Assembly (NCBI GenBank): GCA_001687465.1
Contig: LVLI01000119.1
Span: 1 to 37,598, forward strand
Source of the DNA: Halocafeteria seosinensis
Lineage: Eukaryota
Length of the DNA stretch: 37,598 nucleotides
Direction of reading: 5' to 3'
The position numbers and the translations under genes were made by a program. The notes beneath the pieces are model-generated. The model saw only the letters and a program-made list of their open reading frames with translations, did not search any database and had not been told where the DNA came from. This document shows positions 23,340 through 33,551 of this stretch, piece after piece (positions within the stretch are counted from its first letter, which is position 1; the number at the start of each line of letters is the position of its first letter).

Positions 23340-23783
23340 AATATCCTCTATTAGCCAAAACCGAAAATACCCACTGCTTACAGTTAAGAGTTTCATTATG
23401 TTGTATAGCGAGAGAAACCCTTGTTCACCATTAACTTCTGAATTAGCGTTCTTTCCATTAATTGTTAAATTCACCTTTCAATATTCCAAGGGCATTATTC
23501 AGAAAGGCCAAAATAGCTGTGCAACCATTAAGCAAATGAATCTAAATCTAAATCACCCCGTTTCCATTCGCTTTCGCGAATTGATGGTGTCAAGTGCGGA
23601 AAACAACTTCAACTTGTAGAGTTGTGTAATGTACATATTCACTCATTGTACGTCGCTTTGGTTCTCAGGACAACCACAGGAAAGAGGGAAAGAAAACGTT
23701 CGGCTGCCCCAAGCGAGAAATTATTGAAGGCTTAAACTGCTAACGTTTGATTTTCTGCGTGAATAGCACAACAAGGGAGAAAG

Positions 23784-24625
23784 ATGAGCCTCACTTTGTC
23801 AGAACTGTCCACCAACGAGAAGGAAGACATGGTTGTCTCCCTCGCTACTCTCATCTGCCACGATGCCGGTATCGAGAGAAATGTAAGTTCGCCTTCTTTG
23901 GGAATGTGACCTCATTTATAAAGCCTCCAAGAGCTGAGAAGGACTCAGGAATGGGACTGAGGGAGGAGTGGGGTCACCTTTTTTGGAGTTTTCTGTAGAG
24001 GGAGAGCAAAGGGGCAGATGGTGCCCCACCTGGGTGCTAGCGCGCCCAGTATGTCTGCTTTACGTGTCATTATGGAGCACTCACTGGATCGCCAAGATGG
24101 TGAGATTAGCATAATATGGTACATCTTCAACTTTGTTTCTGAGTTGTGGGGATTCGTACCGTTTGATATGGCGTGTATGGAGCAAGAGCTCTGAAATGGC
24201 TGGTCCCCTTGCTCTCCCCTTTCCCTTTAACCTGCACCCTTTTTGTGGTTTCCAATGGGTGATCCGTGCATTATTGACCAATGCGCACTTTGTGTTTGAT
24301 GGAATGGTATAAGATGGACATTGTATTTTGATTTTTGGTATTACTGCAGGCTGATAACATCAATGCATTGGCCAAAGCGACCAACAACCAGATCCAACCC
24401 TTCTGGGGATACTTGTTCACAAAGTTGTTGGAAGGAAAGGATGTTGATGATATTCTCATGAAGCCTAGCATGGCCGCCCCTGCTGCTGGTGGTGCTGCCC
24501 CTGCTGGAGGTGCAGGTGGTGCCGCTGGAGGAGCTGCTGCTGAAGAAGAAGAAGCTGAGGAATCAGAAGAGTCCGCCGGTGGTGCTGGTGGAGGTCTCTT
24601 CGACTCTGACAGTGACAGCGACTAA
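23784..24625 (+). CDS. RPLP1: 60S acidic ribosomal protein P1
   Basis: Exon 1 MSLTLSELSTNEKEDMVVSLATLICHDAGIERN, intron 23883-24349, exon 2 ADNINALAKA..QPFWGYLFTKLLEGKDV with Ala/Gly hinge and acidic tail. Confidence 0.93.
24000..24218 (+). ncRNA. Candidate structured intronic RNA, class unknown
   Basis: Closing stem gggagagcaa-a-gggg (24000-24014) pairs with cccc-ttgctctccc (24205-24218) and encloses several hairpins, inside an unusually long intron. Confidence 0.35.
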
Positions 24626-25181
24626 GCGATGGACTTGTTTTAGTAATGCTGACTGTGGTTGTTGATTGATGGAGACAGTGGAACAAAATATACAGTAACT
24701 GATCGTCTATCTGAACTGAGTGTTGTCCAAGTATGATAAGTTCAAGATTGTAGGCTGCTCACTCTATGATGAAGTCATCATTGAGCTAGATTACGTAAGC
24801 ATAGACATTCTAAGCATTTTGAGTGGAAACTTAAAACAGAGTTGAACACCGGTAATGGAAGTAACCCAAATATATATGTAATACTATGTATGGAATGCGA
24901 TATGTCGAACCTACAGAGGGTCGCTCAGCGTCGCTGCGACCGTCCTCCGCGTACGGGAGGTCGGGACTCGGAGGGTATTTCGGCTCAGGGGATAGAGGCG
25001 GTCTACCGTAGAGTCTCGGCATAGACGGCACCCACAACCATAGAAGAAACGCGTATCATAGGTGTCGTCTAAGAGAGAAAAATAAGAGTCGAAAGGAGAA
25101 GATGCCTCAGGTTGCGAGTGGTATGCAGGAGGCGTCAGAGCCAGAAGGCACGCAGGTGTTCTGTGCTGTAGTCCTCGTGGC

Positions 25182-27581
25182 GTGGCAGCCACAACGTGGT
25201 ATCTTGTAATCAACACGGAGGCAATAAGAACGGTAACAAAAGCATCCAATATGTTTAATTGTGCTATTTCATTACCATCCTTACGTATGAGGGCAATTCA
25301 TGGGAGAGGTGCGAATGCGGAAAGGTTCCAACAGCATAGAATCTTCCTCAGCTTCCTGGCACAAAAAGATGGAAAAGAAAGTATGGAAGACTGGGCAAAT
25401 TTTGAGGATATACACCCTGTCATTTACATTGCATGGTGCAACGAGCTATTTCAACTGATATGCGGTGTGCTACGAACACATCGGAGACATGACCGTATGA
25501 CCCAGCAAGCAGAGCACAGCACGGTGCCATATGGTTGTGACAGCGGACTCTTCAAAGTCTGGAATGTGTCCCAGAATGAGGCGTATCGTGTAGAATCGTT
25601 GGAATCTCGTTTATTCCCCTATACGAGGATTTCATTGGTGTTCATTGCACCGGGTGCGAATACACTCGAGCTCGCCGTGAGCGCAGGGGTCTCGAACAAA
25701 CCTGCTGCTGCCTCCGTCATCCCCGACCTAGTACGGTCGGTAGTACTTATGCTGATACGCAATGCGTTTCAGCTAGTATTCTCAATCCAAGAAATACTGA
25801 GCAATTGCCAGACGTCATTAAACAGTTACTGGCCACATGGAGGTGACAGGGGATCGCATGGTTTCCTTTTTGGTATATGGAAGGCTTGGATTGGTAGAAT
25901 TTGCAGAAAGAAGTTAAGCCCAGGGCGAATTCCGTATAGTCTAACAACTTTGAAAAAAGTTTTAGTTTTATTGTGTCTTGCCGCTACAACTGTTTTATCA
26001 GTATCACCTGCTGAGGCGAGTGTACTACAGGCGAGCTCTAACGACTTGCGCGACAATGTCCAAAATGGAACGGAACCTTGTTTCGAATATTTCCCGACCG
26101 AAAATCTCTTCAGGATGAAATGTCCTATTCTCAATTGGAACGACAATGGCTACGATGGCAATGCTTATATTTCCCTGCATGCAAATGAGGTGTTTGACGG
26201 TAAAGGAAATATCATTGAACTGAATGGTAACGTCGAAGACTTCCATGGGTTGTTTAAAATCGTTGATGATGACATTCAATCTTTCGACGCTGTTCCATTG
26301 ATTACGAACGTACATGTGAAAAATGGCCAAACTGCCAAAGGAGGTGGCTTTATTGTGCAAGCGGAGCAAAGGTATTTTATCGTGGATTCCTGTAGTTCCA
26401 CAGGAAATATCACTAATAATCTTGCGGGTGGTATATGTGGCGAGAAAGCGGGTAAAGATGGTGGCTACGTCAAGATATTGAAGTCCTACTCTACGGGAAG
26501 AATTAAAGGTAGCAAAGGAGGTGGCATTGCAGGAGCCCGTGTAGGATATATTGGTGGAACTGTTAAGATAACCCAGTGCTATTCCACCGGGACGATTGAA
26601 GCACCCAGTGCAGGAGGTATCTGTGCTGATAGTGCTAGTAGAGAGAATGGTCATGTGTATATCTCTGAATCATATTCCACGGGGGATATTAATGGGGACT
26701 TTAGTGGTGGTATCGTTGGGGAAGGTGCTGCAGTTCAGAATGGTGAAGTAAACATTACAGATAGTTACACGAGGGGAGATATTAATGGTAAGAAAGCAGG
26801 AGGAATTACGGGTACAAACACAGGGGGATGGAATGATGATGCAACAGGAAACGTGTTTATCACTAATACGTATGCGTCCGGAGCTGTCATTCCTTCAGCT
26901 GGTGGGCTCATCGGCACGATTGATGGTAGCGCAAGTGGTGTTGTCGAAGTGCTCTATTCCGTGTATCATGGCGACAATGCGGTAGACAAAAATATCGTAG
27001 ACTCAAATAATGCTGAAAACAATGTTTTGTGTACGAGGGGCAATTCCGGCAATCTAAGTGATATTCGAGGCCAGTTGTATCATTATGCAGGGACGCAACG
27101 ATGGCATAACAAAATATGGGCGGTCAATGGGAGCGATTCTTTGCCAATCCTACGCTTTCAATTGATGCATCACTCTTCAAACTTGGAACCAAGCCCCAGC
27201 CCAAGTCCCGCTGTCTCATCTTCCAGAATTTCAAGCCCGTCCACATCCACTCCAAGTACTCCCACTGACACGCAAAAATTAACGCCGACGGTAGTGCCCT
27301 CTCAGTCCCCTGGCGTGTCGGCTACGAAGAGGACTTCGGAATTGGAGTCGAGCCCCAGCCCAATCACCTCTATCTCGTCTTCGAGAAGCTCAAGCCCGTC
27401 CACATCCACTTCAAATACTCCCACTGACACGCCAAGGTTAACGCCGGCGGTAGCGCCGTCTCAGCCCCCTGCTGTATCGGCTACGAAGAGGACTCTGCCT
27501 GTGCAGCTTTCCCGTAAATCCATAAAGCAAGTGGTGAAGAGGAAACCGAACACGTCAAAGCGCGGGTACCGGATGAGATGA
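25182..27581 (+). CDS. Secreted/surface protein with GLUG-like Gly-rich repeats and a Ser/Thr/Pro stalk; 5' structure uncertain
   Basis: Repeats of the form (C/S)YSTG.I...(A/G)GGI.G, six or seven times. Signal-peptide-like KKVLVLLCLAATTVLSVSPAEA at ~25953. Mucin-like tail. Confidence 0.75.
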   Translation: MAATTWYLVINTEAIRTVTKASNMFNCAISLPSLRMRAIHGRGANAERFQQHRIFLSFLAQKDGKESMEDWANFEDIHPVIYIAWCNELFQLICGVLRTHRRHDRMTQQAEHSTVPYGCDSGLFKVWNVSQNEAYRVESLESRLFPYTRISLVFIAPGANTLELAVSAGVSNKPAAASVIPDLVRSVVLMLIRNAFQLVFSIQEILSNCQTSLNSYWPHGGDRGSHGFLFGIWKAWIGRICRKKLSPGRIPYSLTTLKKVLVLLCLAATTVLSVSPAEASVLQASSNDLRDNVQNGTEPCFEYFPTENLFRMKCPILNWNDNGYDGNAYISLHANEVFDGKGNIIELNGNVEDFHGLFKIVDDDIQSFDAVPLITNVHVKNGQTAKGGGFIVQAEQRYFIVDSCSSTGNITNNLAGGICGEKAGKDGGYVKILKSYSTGRIKGSKGGGIAGARVGYIGGTVKITQCYSTGTIEAPSAGGICADSASRENGHVYISESYSTGDINGDFSGGIVGEGAAVQNGEVNITDSYTRGDINGKKAGGITGTNTGGWNDDATGNVFITNTYASGAVIPSAGGLIGTIDGSASGVVEVLYSVYHGDNAVDKNIVDSNNAENNVLCTRGNSGNLSDIRGQLYHYAGTQRWHNKIWAVNGSDSLPILRFQLMHHSSNLEPSPSPSPAVSSSRISSPSTSTPSTPTDTQKLTPTVVPSQSPGVSATKRTSELESSPSPITSISSSRSSSPSTSTSNTPTDTPRLTPAVAPSQPPAVSATKRTLPVQLSRKSIKQVVKRKPNTSKRGYRMR
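27180..27494 (+). repeat. Two in-frame tandem copies of a 159 bp (53 aa) Ser/Thr/Pro unit
   Basis: ctacgaagaggact at 27322 and 27481; shared agccccagcccaa, tcaagcccgtccacatccact and tactcccactgacacgc. Confidence 0.92.
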
Positions 27582-28839
27582 GACCGACGACCCATGGTAG
27601 GTGAATACTGTACAGGAAGTTAACGACGAAACATTCGATATTCCAAAGAGGAGCACAGCCGGTAACGCTGGCTCCGACAGAAAACCGGAATCCATACTGT
27701 GCTATGGTGATCAATAGCACCGTTAGCGTGCTCAATATACCTCACTGGGTACTAATTGCCAGTATTAACAGGACTTCTTGAACCGCCTTCGAATATTACA
27801 TATGTATACATGTATGATACGTCCGATTCGAAGAGCATACATGTAGCGGATATTTTGTTGCTCTTATTATTTCCATTCATTTGGTTCTTGTAGTTCAACG
27901 GAAGCGGTTTACCGCTCATATCAAACATGTATCGAACATCTGTTTTCCTCATACGAGTTTCTCCTTTGCACTTCTGCGCATAAGCTCGGCAGCTGGGATC
28001 CACCACAACCACAACATCCAGTTTCTTCCCGTGGTCTTCATTTTCTGAGTTAGAAAGAATCCCCTGACCACACGACCATGTTCCATGACGACCAGTGGTA
28101 GTGTTGGATAGTTGGAGGAACTCCCCACCGAGCCATCGTGTCACTCGGATAGACCGATACAAGGGTATGCGAAGAACTAACCTTGTAACTCAAGCAAAAT
28201 GTTGACAAATTCAATTTCTCGCCAATGTTTGTACCGACTTATATCGTACGCACGATTGTGCCTTAGGGGTTGTGCAGCAGAAACCGAATTTGCAGTCTAA
28301 AAGATGTAGAGCGCGTTGCGGTCACGTTGGCCAAGGGCGAGTAGCCTACACGTCTTTCGGTAGGAGCAATTCAGGTACTAATACACATCAAATGTTGGAG
28401 TCTTCTGTCGATCGTTCCATACTCTCACCGCCCGAGCACTATGACCAGTGTAGAGGGACACAACAAACGATATTTGTGCAAGCACTCCAGCAGCTGCTGG
28501 GCTGTGTGTGACCGCCCGTAACGTGTCTGCTCGCGCGTTCTTAAGCACACATTTCCTTAACTTTTCTGAGAAGTACACTTCACTGGACCACGAAAACAAA
28601 CGCGAAATCGAAACACAACGGAAGATTAAACTGGTTCACCCAGTTCACCCTGCGAACTGCACTGAGTCCCAGGAGTCCATCTCAGCGGCGGTGGAGTCGA
28701 GTTGGTCTTTTTCGTAAGCACAATCAACGTGAATCACCTGATGCGGCTGGACCCATCAACATGAATAGACGCATATCAAGGGAAGAGTGTCATCATCTAC
28801 AATGGATACTACTGGTATTGTGACGTATGTACTACATGT

Positions 28840-28893
28840 ACACACACACACACACACAAATGTGACAGATAGCCCACCGGCCGGGAAGTTGAC
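28840..28893 (+). repeat. (CA)n plus a ~35 bp dispersed repeat shared with 8808-8853
   Basis: cacacaca.atgtgacaga.agcccaccggccg.g.agttgac is present at both sites, in opposite orientation. Confidence 0.85.
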
Positions 28894-29398
28894 CACATCC
28901 TCATGTACATGTACCTGGTCGCCCGGAATCCGGATCCGGGATCTGCTTCAGAAAAAGCCGGCAGGATCCACTGGCTATCAAAACCACATGGTGTATCCAA
29001 TGAGTGTAGAATTCATTCGACACGTTGTGTGATTGCGAAGCGACTCGAATTTCCCGGTTTTGTAACCACTCGGTGGAGGAGGAAGAGGTCGCCAAGAAGG
29101 CACCTACAAATTGACACTGTTCACCGTTAACGTCTTTTGAAACTTTACAGCCTGCACTTCTAGCCGACTAGTTAAATACAAAACACCAAAAAAAAGTGAT
29201 CACTGTTGTAGGTGAGTCGGAAAACTCTGAACCGATCCACCCGGTGTTATTTGTGAACCTGCTGGTTCAACTTCAAGGACGCTCGTTAAGGGAAGCAGCC
29301 GGAAAACGACGACTTTCAAAGGCCGATTTAATAGGTATATAGGTCACATTTTTGTAAGATTTTGTTTTTGACCTATAGAAGAGACAGGATAGTAAGAC

Positions 29399-31075
29399 AT
29401 GATGAGCGCCATTCATGAGAATATAAAGCCGTTCAAACGGAATTGGCAGATATATCAGCTGTACTCCCAGCACCATTTTGAAGAAGCTCTCAAGCTCATT
29501 GAGGAGCAATTAAAGGAAAACCAAGGACTCTGTGAATACCCAATCTTTGTCAAAGGTACGTATTACTTCCATATGTCCCATAAGTGAAGATTGGTTTGGT
29601 GGTTTATGGACTCAACAAGGTGTATGGGCGCTTTGAAACAGGACTGATACGCCGTCAACAAGGCCACATTCAGGATTCTTTGACGTTATTTCGAGCCGCA
29701 AGTTGTCTCAATCCCAAGAATATCGATAATTTAAAGCAGGTTGGCCGTTCTCAGTACGTATGCCGCTCTCATCTGAAGGAAGCGTGGTCGCTAGAGTTTG
29801 ACGTTATGATTGGTTGACTGAGCTTTCTTCCAGATTGTTATTGGGACAGTATCAAGCAGCAATTGAGACGTTCAACAAGGTAGATGACCTTTTGGAAGAT
29901 GAAGATTGGCAAGTTTACCATAATAAAGGGATGGCCTATAAGGGTCTCAAACAATATGAAGAAAGCGTGGAGGAATTCCAAAACGCTAACTCTATTAGTC
30001 GACACGATTGCACCTTTATCGAGTTGGCAGAGGTATGTGCCATGCTGCTGCAGAGCATTAGTTCCGTCACTCTCTCAAAACGTATCTTGTTTCTCATTCA
30101 TCTCATCAGGTGCACCTGGAAATGAACCAAACAGATGAGGCCATTGAGGTTCTTCAGGAAGCGTTGGAATTTTCACCTGATAACGCAGAAATACTCACTA
30201 CACTTGGGTTAACGTTCCTGCGCAGTGGGGATAGTACGAAAGCATTCGAATATCTTGGACGCTCTATGACATATGATTCAGCTGATCCCAAGGTAGGGCT
30301 CCACTCTTTCGTAATTCTATCACTCCTTTACATGTCACAGCAACTCAACCGCAGACAATCCTCGCTGCTGGTTCCATTATTCAAGACCATTCTGACTTGG
30401 ACGTTGCGCTCTCGAAATATAGGAAAGCTGCAGCAGCAGCACCACACTCTGCTCACCTATGGAATAATATCGGCATGTGCTTTTTCGGGAAGGAGAAATA
30501 TATCGCCGTAGGTAGCACTTCTACCTTGCTTTGCTGCGGCTGTGCATTTGTCAATTTCATACATACTACAGGCTGTTTCATGCTTGAAGCGGGCGCATTA
30601 CCTGGAACCATTCGAGTGGATAATAGCATATAATCTTGGAATCATCTTTCTAAACACAGGACAGTTCGCAAGTGCTTTTCATTATCTAAGCGCAGCGATT
30701 AATTTGAAGCCCGATTTCGCTAACTCGTATATGTATTTAGCTATGGCCTTAGCTAGACTGGGGGATTTTGAAAATGCTTCTTCGGGGTACCAGAAAGCAC
30801 TCAACATCGACGAGTAAGTATATTACTTTGGTGGCCGAACCTTGTTAATGTTGACGTCCTTTGACGCTCTGCTTGACGCTCGCAGCAACTTTATGATTCA
30901 CTTGAATTACGCTATTTTGCTAGTCAACAACGACGATAGCGAGGCGGCTAAGGGGCATTTCAACAAGTTTGAGGAGAAGTGGAATGCCCTGAGTACGCAA
31001 GAAAGGGAGGATGAACCCGAAGCAGAAGAACGACGCCAACTACTGGCTAAAGCCTTGGGAATTGAAATTGATTAA
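29399..31075 (+). CDS. BBS4: Bardet-Biedl syndrome 4 protein (BBSome TPR subunit)
   Basis: [78 protein letters not shown] and [12 protein letters not shown]; about six introns, the first at 29556-29641. Confidence 0.95.
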
Positions 31076-31175
31076 AGCGGGTATTTACCATGTCAAGTAA
31101 AATTATATGCTTTGCTTGAAGGTTTAAGCGGTGTATTATATAGACAGTCATACGGGAGCTCCCACTACTCGCGAG

Positions 31176-33139
31176 TTACAATCCTCTCCCTTCGACGCTA
31201 ACCTTCGCCGACCCTTTATCTGTTTTTCCTCCTCCTCTCTTTGCGTTACGGATTTGCTTCTCCAAGCCACCTTTGGATTTCTTGCCAGCATTTTTCAATG
31301 GCATTGCAGGAAGCGATTCATCGCGTTTAGGTGGCCGGACAAAATTGAAGTCAATGGGCTTAGGATTATGCGCATGATATGTTTGGAGGTTGGAACCGGA
31401 ATCTGTAGGAGCCCCACCTAAAGCTGCCTTGAGGTCTCTTGTACCACGGACTTGTGCCTGCTCTGCTTGTCTTCGCATTATTTCACTTGTATCCTTCATG
31501 GAGCCTAATTTCTTGAAGTCGTGTCCACCGCTTTGACTGCTCGAAAGAGCCGCTGCTTGGCGACGGATGTCTCTATGAGCCTCGTACTCAGCTTCTAGGG
31601 CAGTTCCGATAGCTTGATAGGAGTCGGTCTTCTGGAAGATGGGGCGCATCCATCCTTCTATCATGGACTGAAGACGCCTTTTATTTTCGCGTGTCTCATG
31701 GGGGTGTTTCCAAAGAATCATCAGAATTTCGCCAATTTTCGACATGCGTAAATGTTCGGGAGCAATATTTAGTTTTTGAAGCATTTTGTAGATTTCCGTA
31801 CGGAGCTTTAACGTAGGAAGCATGTCTCCCTTTTGTGGTCGTAACCATTCCCGTAGAATATGAAGTAATGAAACGGAACCACCGCCATCCTCTAAGCGTG
31901 GGCCCTCTAGTAGCATTTCATGTAAATCGGTATTGTTTACTAAGTCCCACACGCGCTGCACGAGTAGTATATCGACCCCACTAAATTTGTTTCCAAGTTC
32001 AAAGTGTTACACATTGAGCACTTACAGGTAGTAATTTCAGCTTGCGCAATGCAGTGCGCTGTTGCTCACGGTTCTCTCTGTCCTCTTGTGCAGCACTAAG
32101 CATTTGATCAAATACATTCTTCACAAACGCTTCCTTTTCTTCATTAGTCCATTCTTTACGCTTTGATTTTGCGGATTTCCGTGTCCCCATATTGCGAATC
32201 TGTCGCACCTCTTCGCTAACATCCTCGTTTGGATCTGCCACCCAGTCGCCTTCACCCTCGTGCTCAACACCATCTCCTCGCCTTCTTTGGGAGCTGGGTC
32301 TTTCGTCATTGAATTGTTGATTCATCTCTCCGTATTCTTTCAAGAGTTCTTGGTCATCATCTCTGGTGTCAATAAACTCCTCATCTTCTTTAGTCATGGG
32401 CCCCTCATCCTGTTCATCGTATTCATCGCTCTCGTCGCCATCCTTATTTTCTGCATTGCGCGTTCATTCTATGGAGGGTGACTCATTTTTATTTCGAGAG
32501 TCATTACGAAGCTTAGGCAGAATGACTTCCACTGTTACCGCTATTAACATTCGTTGCTAAGAGAGCATAACATACCTTGGTGATTCGGTTCATCTTCGTC
32601 CTCCGAGGAAGTGGCCTTTTTGGCTCGTTTCCGCCTGCTTCTCGATTCGGTTCCCTGAAGAGTTGGCCATAGAATCAATTGCATACCAAATATGACGATA
32701 CCTATAGTACATTATTCAGTGCAATTGTAACTAGACATACTTGCTCCTGATTGGCTTTCTTGAGGCGCTTTTTGCCTTTTTTCTTGCTCGTTTCCGGCGT
32801 CTCAGGACTCTCTTGGGGCTTGCTTTGCTTCTTAATCTTTCGTTTGCGCAGTCTCTTACGCCCTCCTCCTTGATTTTCGTCGTCATTATCATTATCTCCT
32901 TCACTATCAGAGGAAGATGACGCCTCCAGCCCTGTTTCCTCTGTTTGTTGCTCATTTTGGCTCCCCTGTTGCTGCTGCCGCCCTGGCGCGCCCACTACAT
33001 CGTCGTCATCTTCTTCATCGTCCGACTGAGCAAACAATTGGTTAATTTCATCATCGTCATCGTGGTCATTATGGCCTGTATGCTGCATAGACTCGGTGGC
33101 ACCACCTTCGGCTGCATTGGTTTGCTCCTCTGTATCCAT
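31176..33139 (-). CDS. IWS1: Transcription elongation factor IWS1/Spn1
   Basis: Acidic/basic disordered N-terminus, MLSAAQEDRENR...ALRKLKLLP, and TFIIS-N domain LREWLRP..MLPTLKLR..HLRMSKIG..HPHETRENK..EGWMRPIF; spliced. Confidence 0.9.
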
Positions 33140-33551
33140 TGTTATAGCCCGTTATAACTAATATCCCCCAATTATATGTATAGATAAATGTATCAGGTAC
33201 TGATATATCAAGGTACCAATGGACAAACTCGCGTGTAATGTATCAAAATATGGTGGCGTAGCCCGCAGAATTGAAGATAGAAACTACAAAAAGGAAATCG
33301 TAGGGACCAACAAAGGGAGAATTTGTGGTCACAGAGTGACAAAAGATTGCTGTCTTGAGAGTAAGGAATTCAAAAGAGGGGCTAAGTTACCAGTTACTCA
33401 CTGCAAAACACTAGTGTATTACTTCTTCGACTAAAATCAACTATAAACCAACCAAAATCGTTACATAGGATGTAAGAAAGCAGTTCATGAGCGGCGGTAG
33501 CGTTCTTGGTCTCGCTCTCTAGGGCTACCCCCAGTATTATTCCTATTCCAA

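Noticed and set aside
24760..24830. ATGATGA box C downstream of RPLP1 as a C/D snoRNA
   Set aside because: No suitably placed downstream CTGA box D or terminal stem.
24911..25249. 112-aa minus-strand ORF with a signal-peptide-like start
   Set aside because: It starts at TTG rather than ATG and has no recognisable domain.
26025..26654. Long antisense ORFs (also 34933-35538, 9989-10459, 1379-1867)
   Set aside because: They are shadows of real coding frames on the opposite strand.
28918..28945. Palindromic ccggaatccggatccggg cluster
   Set aside because: Short and low-complexity, with no associated feature.
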